Shown here piece by piece: positions 36,886 through 50,579 of a stretch of DNA of 64,000 bases. Below the pieces are notes generated by a model, which worked only from the letters and a program-made list of their open reading frames with translations, was not told the DNA's origin and did no database searches. A program made the position numbers and the translations under genes. The DNA lies in the NCBI GenBank assembly GCA_002189035.1, contig NEEC01000027.1, positions 434,001 to 498,000 of the forward strand. The letters are read 5' to 3'. This stretch comes from Utricularia gibba. Its lineage: Eukaryota > Plantae > Magnoliophyta. Every line of letters starts with the position of its first letter. Positions within the stretch are counted from its first letter, which is position 1.

Positions 36886-39800
36886 TCACCTGAAGAGAGT
36901 GGAAAGCTTGGCAGTGCTGCACTTGTTCAGGGGTGCATCCTTGTTTGTGTCATCCAAAAGGCTCTCTCTTGTGTTCGCCTTCCTGTTTCTGCTCAAAGAT
37001 GGATTTGATTCCCTTTGCTGGTAACTGTCCTCATGAAACGCAGAAGAGGAAGTTTTGATCATCCTCTGTCTCTTCACAAGAGCATCTCCTGATTGTCTTT
37101 GCTCATGATTTTCCTTGGTCCCATCATCATCCACAAAACATATCCGTTTACACTGCCTCTCTGAGTCAAGTGTTTTTAGTAAGCTGATCACTTGAACATG
37201 GCTTGGTTCCTCTCCTTCAGGATTCGTAGATACAGTCCTACCAACAAGAGTTTCCAGTATGATCTTACCTAGCGCGAACCTACTCTCACCTATATCTCCC
37301 TCTGACAGCAATTTGCTGTCAATCTGCACACTTCTACTGTAATTTTTCGAGGAGAGAACATCTTCCGCAAGAATGATATGCCGGGCCTGTTGAGCCTTTT
37401 TCTGGGATACAAAAACCTGGAAAGCGATGTGAATTTTTGTTCATCAATAACAAAGCAGAAACACAAATGGATATCAAGAACAGATAGCATCACGCTTACA
37501 AAATCAGGGCATGAGAATTTTGGAAATCTAGTCATTGCATGTGATAATTTATCCGTGTTCACGAGAACATTCAATGACTCTTCCACGTGCCTTGCCAACT
37601 GAGAAACCTCATCAGCTATACACTCATCTGATAAGTCGCCGGAAGCCTCTAGAATCTCAGGAACATACATTTCTGTATTCAAAGAATGCTTTCTAGCAAA
37701 ATTAATGCTTTCACCCCATGTTCCATGATAGAGGAGAGAAGCAAACGTCAAGATCACCATAGGGTGGCATGGATTACTGAAAAGCGCTGTGTGGAATGCA
37801 AGGATAGCAACCCTGTTGCATGGTTGTAGACATAAAAGAGAAAAGAAAATTAAAATTCTGTTCAACAGGGGGGGCATCAGCCACATCAAAAAAATATTCA
37901 TGCAAATTTATTACAATGTGAACAGACAGGAGTAGTGTCATGGGCAAAAGTACCTCAGAGTTACATTTTGATATATTTATGAGATTTGTTTTCATTAGCT
38001 ACGCCAGAGAATGCGTCCCAGCAGCAGTTTTTTGCGTTATACAGTACAAAGATGAATATTAAAGAAACTTCTTCCTTCAGTGTGTTACTAAATTTCACCG
38101 GGTTCTGTTTTCATGGTCTAAGAAATATCACATGTAACTCAATGCATCGCAGGAAGTAGGTGAATTGTACCATTTAGAAAGCAAAAAAAAAAAAAAAAAG
38201 TTACCAGAAACTCTGATTGGCTGGCTGACTGCAACTAACCAATTGATCCATTTTGGAAAAGAGCTTCTGAAAAGGATTAAAAAAAAATAAGAAAAATTCC
38301 AACTCCTCAAAACAGATGCATAAAAGCTGCAGCGTCCGGGATAGCTAACCATTAACATTGTGGACCGTAGATCAGACCCATTACCACGTTGATAAGAAAG
38401 GTATGCAGCCTACACTTTTGGGATATTCCAATCAGATTTCTAAGTCAGTGATAAGAATGAACAAGAAAACACTCACTTGGAAGGGTAAAAAAATCTGCAG
38501 CAGTTTAAACTTTTCTAACAGAAGGATTGAGGGCTCAGCAGCTCCATATGACAACATATAATTCATCTCCAGCCCAATTCTAGCCTGAATAAAATAAGCA
38601 CCACATTCATAAATTTCATGAAACAAAACTGAAGAGAAACAATGTTGGGATGCCAGAGAGCAGAGGCAAATGGACACATTAATGCAGCAGTTGCTCTAAG
38701 AATAGGAAAAATACCTTGCTAAGGTTCCCAACGGATGAAGAGAGACTATTTATAGCTTCCTCTGCTTCTTTTGAAAATGACATATTAAGCCGGGCTGCAA
38801 GCCTTAAACCCCGCAGAATTCTGGCTGTATAAAGCAATGTATTTCCTAAAACTGGAAGATTGCAGCTAAATTGAGTGAGGTGGAAGAAAATGACCTTCAT
38901 CCTCTTTGAAGGACAAGTGAGCCGGCATTATTGTCCTTAACTGTTAATGCCACCAATAAAGAACTTTAGCAAGCTTTTAAAATGACAATTTATGAGCCTG
39001 AACTTTTAATAGCTTTAGCACTCACCTCCATAGACCTCAAGTCCTTCAATGCATTCGTGTAGTCAAAAATAACATTTCGTGAAGGATCAAAGAATAGGCT
39101 GCCAAAAATAAAAACGGTTGGGCCAAACTTTTCATGATGCTGAAGAATTATCTCTTACTTTTGGTGAAAAAATCATGCAAGATAATGTGCATTTCCATAG
39201 CTATCAGATCACACTTGGCTTATAGCTGAAACAGCAGTTTGCAAACCTGTTAACTGTAAAGTCTCTTTTCATGCAATTTTTCCAACGAAAAAAGTCCCCT
39301 GGATCACACCCTTTTGGCTTTGGAGGGAAAGAAAATTGATCTCTCGTGCGATTCTGAGATGATGTGTCAAAACTTGAAACCTAAAAACAACATGAGAGAA
39401 AGGTCAAGAGGTAAGGCATAGCATTGAAAAATCAGAGCATGCAGCGGTTAAATTTATGGAAAAGATTTTACAGAGAATTCTGAAAATCAGAGTAACCTCC
39501 ACAAAAGATCCTCTTGAATACACCCTACATATTGGGAATCGTTGTCCAACTATAATCGCATGCTTGAACATCCGTTTAATCTACATCAGGAATTACTTAG
39601 TCTTTTAGTGCACGTTCATTAATAATATAGCGGAAAATCATACAAAACCATCAACTACCTGTTTAAGTCCTGCAGTAGTAATGATATCAAAGTCTTTGGG
39701 TACTCTTTGAAGAACCAAGTCTCTAACACACCCACCAACAAAATAGGCTTCATATCCTGCACGTCATATTGGAACATATGCTAGAAACACTAAGGAATAA

Positions 39801-40435
39801 CTTTTATTCTCGTGTTTCTATTCAGTAATTCTGTAAATTATTGTATCACGCAGATAAAAAATTACTCTATCATCTTTGCGAAATCCAAACATATCCAGTA
39901 AATTCGATAGTCAAAACACGTTTTGAAATGACTAAAGAACCTGCATATTGAAGAACCCTGATAATATTCAAGGAGCCATGTGAGATCTTTGAGCTAGAAA
40001 CTCCCAAGATCCTTGAGCTGATTTTTTTCCAACTTGATACGTCAAGTTCACCTAAACAATATTCAAAATGTTTAAACTTGAGAGACATGCAAAATGTGAA
40101 TGTATAACCTGCGGTTTGTTCGTTTCACTTAATATCATCTAAAACTGCTCCGAACTTGTTAAGACAACCAGAATCAAACTAGACATTCAAGGCACCGAGA
40201 AGAATGAACAAAACAGATAGCACAACCCAACATAACCACAACCCCAGCAAGTCACCTGGTCCAGAACTGAACCACAATGAATAGCCAACTTCCCCGGAAC
40301 ACCAATTCGACCTCTGCGAAAAAAGATAAAACAATCCTCTCATGGTCCCAATACAACTTCTGGTTACCGAAAGTTAAAATGGTAAAACCTGAGTTGTAAG
40401 AAAAAGACGGCCTTGAGACAGCGCGGCCTTTCCAT
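36886..40435 (-). CDS. Bacterial-type poly(A) polymerase / tRNA nucleotidyltransferase family protein (PcnB/CCA-like, probably organellar)
   Basis: [112 protein letters not shown] and C-terminal KLSTLFR*. Start codon uncertain (40435 or further upstream). Confidence 0.88.
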
Positions 40436-41115
40436 TGGAAGAATGCAGCATCGCGATCGACCAGTTAGACGAAAAGCGTTAACATCTTCCAACATCCATG
40501 TTTTCCACCCTTTTGACGCCCGTAGGCCGCATACCATAGAATGGGCCGATCGCATCATGAGCCTAATTCAAATATCCACTAGTGGGCCTCATGTTGGGCC
40601 CATTTTGTGTTAGGACATGAGCTTTGACTCTTGTCTTTCTGTCTGGTGGCTGACAGACAGCTTCCAAGTACTCGACACTCGACAGAATGAAAAGTCCCCA
40701 GCCGGAGGGGAGTGGGGAGGGGAGGGGAGGGGCGCACAAGTGAAGAATGAATATGATAGGCATAGTTCCAAGTACTGGTTCAGTGATCCTCAAAACTCAC
40801 AACCCAAAGTGACAAACAGTGCAGCCAAAAAGGGCTGCCAATCCAGTGAAGATAAGGATGCGCCCCATCGCATATACAATCATGCAGAAGCTAGAGGTCC
40901 CCTACAAAAATGAAAGCTGAACGAACAATCTTCTTCTAAAATACAGCCACAACAGGGGGGAGGTGTGTATAAAGGGGATGGGAGGGAGGGAGGGAGGGCT
41001 CACTGCTCACACGCAGGAAGAAGAAGAATATCTCGCTCCCCAACAGGAAACTCAAGGCTCAGATATGAATGAGTTGCATATAAGACAAGGCAGGGCAGAG
41101 CAGAATGGGGCGAAC

Positions 41116-44100
41116 CTAAAAAGCTTTCCAACCGCCAGAATCTCCTCGAGGGGTTTGTGCATCATGGGATGTCTTGAATGTGTCTCCACCGAATGGATCC
41201 CTAGCGTCATCAAAAGATGGAATACTGAAGTTGTTGTATTCAGAGTTGGTGGAGCTTCTCACGGAGTCGAATCTGGTGAATAACTGTCCTCCGCTGGCAG
41301 TATGACCAAAGTTGTAGTCAGAGTCAGCTGTGCTGCGGAAGGAGTCGAACCTTGCAAGTGCGGGGGAGTCCATCCCGGAGAAGTATCCATGGTCCAAATC
41401 AGAATCCCTTGTGCTTCGCATGGAATCAAATCTTGTCAGGGAATCCCTTGTGCCAAAAGGGCCACCCTCGCTTGTGTTGAATGAATCAAATCTTGAGAAA
41501 CTCTGAAATGCGTACTGCCCTTCTTTTCTAGGAGAGGTGGTGGTCGAATTGTACAGTGGAGTGCTTGGAACAGAGTCCGCAAAGGCAAAAGGGCTGTTTC
41601 TTGCCAGAAGATTATCGCTGTGAGGTGTGCCGGCTGAACTGTATAATGGTGTGCTTGGCACTGAATCAAAAAATGGACCTTGCTTCGGAGTGTTCATGTC
41701 TGAACCTCTGGAACCAGTTCTAATTGGGTTTAGGCCCCAATCATCACCGCTAAAAAGAAATCCATCATTCTGCTTCAAAGGTTGATTTCCCTGTTTTTAC
41801 AATGCGACGATGTGAATATGGTGCACCTCGAAAAAATAACAGCATAGAGCAAAAACAAAAAAACGGGGAAAAAAACCCCATAATACCTTTGGACTGAAAG
41901 AATTAAAATCCCATGCAGTATCTGTGTCATAATTTGCATCAAAAGAACCCCAATGTGGTTCATCAAAGCGCATGTCCCCGGACAGCACAGATTCAGCACC
42001 AAAATCACTGCAGTGAAAGAATCAGGTGTATGACTATAAGTAAATTCAGTAAAATATAATGACAAATGGAAGTCAAAACCAGAACCGTGAAGAAGCAAAT
42101 GTGCAGATAGATGAACCATTAAATCATGATATACCTTCTTGTGTCAAACTCACGAGGAGAGCCATTACTCATAATTTCCTTTTCCCGTTGGAAGTCATGG
42201 AATTCCTTGGGCCAGCTTCGAACAGCACTATTTCCAGCAGGACTGCCTGTTGGACTTCTTTCTGTTTGGTCCAAGTTGTGTGCACTCCGTCCATCATTCT
42301 CAGGCAGTTTCTCCCAGACCCTGAAGGCTCAGTCTTCTTGTCAAGCTCAGAAGGGGACTTGACAGCAACGCCATAATCTACTGGAGTAATGGTCTCCCTT
42401 TGTAAGGGCATTTTCGGTTTTGGAGGAGCAATGACATTGTCGACCTCCAAAGTAAGCTCTTTGACGTATGAGAATCCTAAGATTGCACGAGTTGAAATGC
42501 AGAAAGGTTAGGAACCTAAATGAGACAACACTGGACAGAAGTGAACAAATGCTGTTTGACCATTTTTTTAAGGAAAAAAAAATGCATAAAGCTACCTTCA
42601 TCTTCGAATTTATCCCAACTATCATCCCAATCTGCAGTTGTTGCTCCAATACCCGGTTGCCAACCTGAAAACAAGTTTTACAAAGTCGTAAAAATGAGTA
42701 TCTTAAAGGACATCAGAAGACAAATGGTATCACTCATAATCATTTAGTAGTTCTGATATTTTCAGCTTGCACATAGTTGCCATAGCAATCAAATTTGGCA
42801 ATGGATTAAGATTTAAAGCTAAATGTGATGGTCACTCATGGAGGAGAGAAATCTATTGCAATATATTTCCATGTGATGTTTTAAGAAAAAGAAACAAAAA
42901 ATGTCAGTAACAGGAAGAGAAGGATTATCCTAGAAACTATTTTAACATAAGGATTAAGAAAAATTCAAACTTCCAAATAAATTATACAGATTTGCAACAA
43001 AGATATTTGCATCAATCACTTAGACCAAGATAACCCATGGTTACTATGTTTCTTAAGGAAATAGAAAGAAGGGAATAAAGAGAAAAGAAAATGTGGAATC
43101 CGTTAAGTTACCGAAAGGGAGCTCAACAAGAGTTGTAGGTTTCCCCCGTAACCCATACGCTTTACAGCGTTCATTCAATGCCTTCACTAGACCCTCAAGA
43201 TCTGATTGGATCTGTTTAGCGCGTTCCTGGTGTATAGAGGATCAAGATCAACACTTCAATATATATACACCCCGCATAAATGTACAAGGGGGTACATACC
43301 TCAAAGCCATCAACATTCTCTTGTTCCAGAGTGAGAATCTCCTTGTAGAGCCCCATTTTTCTTTCCTGTTACAGGATCAAGCCATTCATATGTAACAGCA
43401 CATTCATCGGACCACAACATAACCTAGTTCAGTTGGTGACAAAGAGCAAACAGAACCTGAATGTCACGAAATGTAGCTTCTTCAATGGTTAATTTGGATG
43501 CAACATCTCCAACTAGCTTGTACTTCTCTTCATACCTTTTTGCTATGGAATCCGCCTAGAGACGAAAAAATAAAAAATCAAGTGAACAACAAAGCATACT
43601 TCATAAAAACACAAGACCGAATAAATCACCTCTCTCTTGTCAGCAACAACTTTTTCAGATATTTCATTCAGTCTATTATCGCATCTGCTTTTGTACAGAA
43701 TCTGCAACCAAAAAATGGTATTAGAAATATGGCAGTCAACCACAAGTCATAAAAAACAGCGAGCCATGGATTCTTTTTTGGTTTATCGAACTATATGACG
43801 ATCATTCTCACATGAACAGCTTGTATTTAAGTTTTTCTATCACAAATTCTGTTTTAGCGTCTAAATGAACATTGGACGCACAAGTTCTTGCATCTTGGCA
43901 TGATAATACTGAATTTTCTGCCTGGACTCTAGTATCTCCTTCTCCAGATCAGCCACCTGCATACAAAATTACCATTAAAAACAAACAAATCAATGCAGGA
44001 ATACGGAGGAAAGAGAAATACATACGCCTTATTTGTTCTACTTCAATTAAAAAATCCCTAAAAGTTATTCACTGAAAAAAAAAATATTCTTGGTGCATTA

Positions 44101-46554
44101 AACACAATAAGAAAATACAAGTTCAATCGCAGGAGATATAAGCCAAATTTTTGGGAAACAAATGCATAATTCATTGATAGGAAGCATTTGGAACTCAAAC
44201 AAACATGAAACTATGTGATAAAGATCACCTTTTTCTCAGAATCCTTAGCTTCCTCTAACTTTTTGTTCAATGAATCTTGCTCCTCTGTGCTTAACTGATC
44301 CAAAAGATGCTTTTCCAACTCTGGGACCTTAGCTTTTTGTTGGACAGGCTCATCAGATTGTGGTGCAGGTACTGGACGAGGGGGTTTTCCGACATTGGCT
44401 GGAATGACCAATTGTGCATTCTTGGTAACATGTGACTGTTGCCAACCAGAAGAAGGCCTCCAAGATGTATTGCTAACAGGATGCTGATAAGAAGCAGGCG
44501 TTGATGGTTGGTCAAAGATAACAGAGTCAGGAAGTGCAGTGGGAAGTGCCCGCCCTTCCCTGTACCGTTCCATGAAGTAGAGAGCAATGCAGAACTCCCT
44601 CAGTGAAAGCATACTGTCACCATCTTGATCAGACAAATCCCACACCTTCTTCAAGATCTCTAAGAGATAAAATATCTATAAATGAGTAGTAAACCTAGAC
44701 ATCCGAATTAAATACATAATCCATATCCATATAAAACCACAGCAGCATGCAATAATAGAACCAACACCAAATTTCTGGTTAGATGAAGACTTCCTACCTC
44801 GTGGCAGCCTCCAACTCAAGAATAGGGTCCGTGCTTGTTCACCAGTTATTTTCCCATCTTGATCTCTGTCAACCTGCAAAAAGACTTTGCTATAGCGCTG
44901 AAAATCAGATGAGGTCATTTTTGGCCAAGGAGCAGTGGATTGGCCTGCTGCAACAGGAACAGTGGGGGGCCTTTTAGCTGCAGCATTTTGATTATCAGTC
45001 ACAGTAAATGGGACTGGTTGCGCTTCAGCAGATGGTGGATGAGAAGCAGAATTGGATTTGGGATTAGGATGATTCAGAGGAGTCACACTTCTAGATGACA
45101 TTGTGGATACACTGGTGCTGGGATGGGGCAAAGCTGTTTTTCCCAGCATTGGATCTGAAGCAAGCCCATTTCCATTAATTAGGTCTTTTGAATTTCCCTT
45201 AGCACCTTGCGAACTTGAAATGAGTGAAGTAGTTTGCAGTAACCCAGAATCTGTAAGGGTTTGAGTAGCAGGTGTGGATAAGACATTAACCCCTCCCTGC
45301 ATTACAGAAGGTACAGGGTTTCTTTCAGAAACCTGAGAAAGACCTCCACCCTGGGGGCCAGCAATAATCCCAGGAACTCCTTGAGCTGAAACAGCTGGTT
45401 GAGATGGGAATCCTGAAATGGGAGGCTGAGGCCAATTCGGCCTCACTGCTTGGCTTTGCGCACCACCACCAGTGCCTTGCACAGCGAGGCTGCCACCAGA
45501 TTGTACAGGTGATGGGCCAGGTGTTGCATTTGAATGAAAAACTGGCGTGGTTGCAAGGGTTATTTTAGGGGCCGGGATTTTAACTGCAGCAGGGCCATAT
45601 AACGCAGCCTTCACAATATCTGGAGTCAATTCCCTCTTACTTTGTGCCACTGTAACAAGTTTCAGGGCATTGTAGAATTCGGAACGTCCTAAGTAGCCAA
45701 CCTTGTTGTTATCAGCATACATCCATATCTGAAAAAGACAAAGCAGCATTTTTTCAGCCAGCACATGAGCTATGAAATGGAAACTACTTCCAGATTCAAA
45801 AAAATTAAGGTATTGGGGATCAAATAGGAAAATCATGATGCAGATAGCAGTCAAGGTTCAATAAGAATCTCAACTGAGGAGTACCAGCCAAACATAGTAA
45901 ACAATAAGAAAGATTAAGATTCATTCATCTCCACAAATTTCGACACTTAATCAGCTTTCCTGAAAGTACTCTGGATTGGTCTCAAGCTACCATAGGTTAT
46001 CCTCAGATTCATACTCCGGGAACTTAAAATAGCTTAATGGAAACAAAACTTTCAAATATAAACATAATAAACTGGCAATCTAGAAGAAACTTAAGGGGAA
46101 AATTCCACAAAACACAATCAGGTATGGAGTGAGTTGATAGCTCAGAAACTACACGCATGCTTATAAGCAGCACATTCTATTTAACTGATCAGATAGGTAA
46201 AGGCCACAATCTTTTCGACACCAAGCCAACAAATTGAAACAACAATCTGGTAATGGAAGGAACTAGGCCCGAATCTGAATGGAAGTTACTCATACACCAG
46301 CTGGTAATAATGCCAGAATCTACTGACCTAAATAGCCTTGTGAAAACACGAAACAAGCTATTGACAACAGAAAACACACACACAACTAGGAAAAATAAAA
46401 GGGCAATAAAGACCTGAGCGAGAATGTGTCTGGGCAAATTAGAACCTTGGAGGAAGGAAACGGCCTCACTGCCACTAATCCGCCCATCTCGATCCAGATC
46501 GGCTTTCTGAAAATAAGTCTCAAACTGTTCCAGATTAGAATTGTGCGCAGCCAT
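41116..46554 (-). CDS. EH-domain (Eps15 homology) protein EH1/Pan1- or EH2-like, TPLATE complex subunit; one frameshift
   Basis: EH1 EQFETYFQKADLDRDGRISGSEAVSFLQGSNLPRHILAQIWMYAD, EH2 PWPKMTSSDFQRYSKVFLQVDRDQDGKITGEQARTLFLSWRLPREILKKVWDLSDQDGDSMLSLREFCIALY, coiled coil (ILYKSRCDNRLNEI), PTTLVELPFGWQPG, and tail with SRFDSF repeats ending GGWKAF*. Confidence 0.95.
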
Positions 46555-47515
46555 CAACCAGCAAATCAACAATAAAGTGAAAACCCTGGTGTCATGGATC
46601 GAATATCATCACGAAGGATCCGAAAGAGTGAGAATAGGGGATAAACTCCCCCGCGATCTAGGAATGGATTACGATTTCACTCAAGAAGAGGACTTCATTG
46701 GATGAATCCCCTCGGAATCCTGCCGACGACCCTGTCGGCGCGGTGCCACTGTTGACGGTTGCCCTGAGAGCGGCCGAGACGCTGGTGATTGGGAAAAGGA
46801 AAAGAAGAACAGTAACAGTCAAAATCTGGGCCAATGATTGCCTGGCGATGATCCCAATTCCTCCGATCCTCCTCCTCGGTCGGGGCTTAGATTGCACTCG
46901 GAAGGGTTATGATTTTCACCGTAGAGGATGTTCCTCAGCTCGACCTTGTGCCACAAGGGATGTCATTAATTATAACTTAAAGTTCAATTAAAAAAAATAA
47001 AACCTCCATTTTTTTCAAAAAAAAAAAAGAAATTTAAATAACTATCTACCTGGGCCCAATTGGATAGAGGGCCCGATCCATTGAGCCGTCTCTTCGGCCC
47101 AGAACTCCTGCTCGGTCATGGAGTCAAAAATCCGCAGACCGAATTCCCAAAGCGGCCAGAGAAAAAGGTCGCCATAACTGTCTGCTTATTACATTAAATT
47201 CTGAAAATCAAGTGGAGACCGCCATTCCTATCATGTGCTTAAACCGTACAACTGCGGACTTCATTTTGTAATAAAATGCTTGGTCTCTAGGGGCCGTTGC
47301 TCTTGAATGCGTCGGGAGGAGAGAACTCTTACTTGCCGTAGGAAGAGAAGGGGGAGGAGCCCCCATTTTGCGTTTTGCCCGCGTTTCTGGGTTGTCGATA
47401 CCATTTTGCATTCTAATCTGGTGTAGCTTGGAAGGATTTCTTTGTTTGTTAGACGGATCTTGCACTTCACGTGCTGTGTTGTACCCTGGTTGGTATTGGT
47501 GTCTGTGTTTGCGAC

Positions 47516-50421
47516 ATGTCCGGTGGAAGTGGCCGAGAGAGGTTTCTTGATCAGACGCCAACATGGGCCGTCGCTGGAGTCTGCGCCGTGATCATAATGA
47601 TATCTATTGCTCTGGAAACTAGTATACACAAAGTGGGAACGGTGAGGACTTCATTATTTACAAGGGGGATCTTCAGAGTAATGTTTCCATTTTCGCGTTG
47701 TCTTTGATTGCCGTCTACTTTCTTGACGATTGTTCTGTTCAGCTTTTTGTCTTCTAGTACGGAATCTGTTTGGTGGGGTTTTTTTTATTTGCGAGTTGAT
47801 GGGCTTTTTTTTTTTTATGTACTTGTTCTGATGTTGGTGGTGGGCATAACACTGACAACCTTTGTAGTGGTTGACTGAAAGGCACAAGAAGGCTATGTAT
47901 GAGGCACTGGAGAAGATTAAAGCAGGTATTTTGTGGTGGTTGCCTTAGAATCAGTTTACTTCTTTGTTAGTAAGATTACTTCCCAACTTGTGATGATTTG
48001 GTTGGTTTAATTGCGGCAGAGTTGATGACACTTGGCTTCGTCTCGCTTATTCTTGTGTTCTGCCAATATTACATTGCTAATATCTGCTTGCCTATCGGTA
48101 TTGCTGACATAATGCTGCCATGCGCTGCAAGAACACAAGAGAAACAAAATGAAAGAGATCATCACAGTAGACAACTGTGGTATGAACGTCGATTTTTGTC
48201 AGCATCAAGAGAAGTTTCATGCAAGGAGGTGATGACTCTCAGTTTTTGTTGTTGTATTAGTGTTATAAAGTGATTTCATTTTGGGGGCTAACTAATCACT
48301 AGTATTCTGTAGGGGCATGTGTCACTTATATCAGTGGAAGGACTTCACCAGATACACATACTGATTTTCTTCTTAGCAGCCATTCATGTCTTTTACAGTG
48401 CAATTACAATGTTTCTCGGTCGTCTTAAGGTGATGGATTTTTACATCTTTGCCTTTATGCTTTATTTGCTCTCTTATTCCCTAAGGAACATCTTTATCCC
48501 TTTTATTGCAGATAAGGGCTGGAAACAATGGGAACAAGAAACTTCAACTCATGACTATGAGTTTTCGAATGGTAGATTAATTTTTATATTCACATGCGTC
48601 TCCTGTCAGTTTTTCTTGTTAATGATCAGCAGTGTTTACATGTGAACTCTTACAGATCGTTCAAGGATTAGGCTTACTCATGAAACATCATTTGTTAGAG
48701 CACACAATAGTTTCTGGACCCGGATTCCGCTGTTATTTTATATTGTGAGACACAGTCTTCAATGCTATGGATTTTATTGAAACAGTCATATCTTGTTTTC
48801 ATTTTCATGCTTATCTTCACAAGCTTCTTACATCAGTTGGGCTTATCTTTCTTGCAGGGTTGCTTTTTTCAGCAGTTTTTTAAGTCTGTTAGCAAATCCG
48901 ACTACTTGACACTACGGAATGGATTCATCACAGTGAGTGTGTTTGCGTGATCATACACACTTTACTCGCTGTTCCTCGACCATTCAGGGTATATTTTTCT
49001 TGAACTTCGAAGGTACACTTGTCACCAGGAAGCAAGTTTAACTTCCAGAAGTACATAAAAAGATCACTAGAAGATGACTTCAAGACAGTAGTAGGAGTAA
49101 GGTAAATGTTTAGTATCAAAACGAAACTACAAGCTTCATGTCCCTGAACTCTAATCTTTGTGGTTTTTGACACCATCCCAGTCCGGTGCTTTGGGCATCT
49201 TTTGTAGTGTTTCTGCTCCTAAATGTTCACGGTGAGAAAAAAAGGATGCTCATTTTCCTTTGCATTATTCTCTTATTCATTTAACCTGAATGTTCTTCAT
49301 CATCTCCATTATTTTTTTTTAGGGTGGCGGTCTCTGTTCTGGGCATCCTTGATTCCTCTTCTTGTAAGTATATTCTGTGCGCTTCCCAAAATAAGGAAAG
49401 ATTCAAAAGCTGATCCTATTATCCATAATTCTTAGATCATACTTGCCATTGGGATGAAGTTGCAAGCCATTTTGACGAGGATGGCCCTTGAGATTGTGGA
49501 CCGGGATGCAGTACTCCAGGGCATGCCTCTCGTACAGGGCTCAGACAAATACTTTTGGTTTGGCCGGCCTCGTCTTCTACTAAATCTCATCCATTTTGCA
49601 TTATTTCTGGTACGAAAGAAGAAGAGTGGCACTCTGGTTTATAGTCAGCAGATCCATTTTCCGCCATTATGAACCTTGCAATGATCTTCTTTTATGCTGC
49701 TATTTCTGCAGAATGCCTTCCAGTTAACATACTTCTTGTGGATTTGGGTACTCATCTGATCTTCTTGCCCTCCTTGTTCAACGATATGAAGTTTCCACTC
49801 ACATCACAATACCTTGAATGCAGTATGAGTATGGATTACACTCTTGCTTCCACGACAATTTCAGGCTTCTGATTGCCAAAATTTGCTTGGGGTAAGAAAG
49901 CATCCCTTTTGCACTCTCTTATGGCTTCACCTCATCTCTCACACTTGCGGTGATGCAGGTTTGGAGTTCTCTTCCTCTGCAGCTACATTACCCTCCCACT
50001 CTACGCTTTGGTCACTCAGATGGGTTCCAATATGAAGAAAACCATCTTTGACGAACAAACATCAAGGGCTCTGAAGAAATGGCACATGTCCGTGAAAAAG
50101 AAGCGCGGCGTCAAGTCCCCTGCTCGAACTCTCGGCAGCCTAAGCCGCTCGTCCTCGATGGGTTCGCCGTATCGCCAAACGGGTCCGACTCTTCACCGCT
50201 ACAGGTCAACAGGCCACTCTGTTCGATCAGATGGACATGAAGTATCAGATGCCTCCGATCTTGAAGATCCATCAGCTGCTGCCCTAGAAAACTCTAGCTT
50301 CATCATGGAACCTGGTGCGCATACCAATCCCGGTGATGATGCTGAGAATCATGCCGGTGAAAAGAGAAGAAGGGACGAGGATGACTTCTCCTTCGCAAAG
50401 CTTGCCAAACCTCAGTCTTGA
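47516..50421 (+). CDS. MLO: MLO family seven-TM protein (clade III, MLO7/8/10-like); one probable frameshift
   Basis: [112 protein letters not shown] and calmodulin-binding [14 protein letters not shown]. Fourteen exons. Confidence 0.97.
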
Positions 50422-50579
50422 TCATGGCTATGCCTATGGAGTTTGGTCGGTGTGCGGGTTTTTTTAGGAATTATTTAAGTAATATAATTATGATATTACT
50501 TTCTATTTTTTTGCTTTTTTGAAAAAAATATCAAACAGACGAGAGTTATCCTCCAGAGAATTCGTCCGGCAGTGGAACG

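Noticed and set aside
37290-37500. Apparent frame switch in the nucleotidyltransferase gene (ORF 37290-37901 vs 36886-37329)
   Set aside because: Explained by an ordinary intron (CPDF|gtaagc ... ttccag|VFVSQKK); no frameshift is needed.
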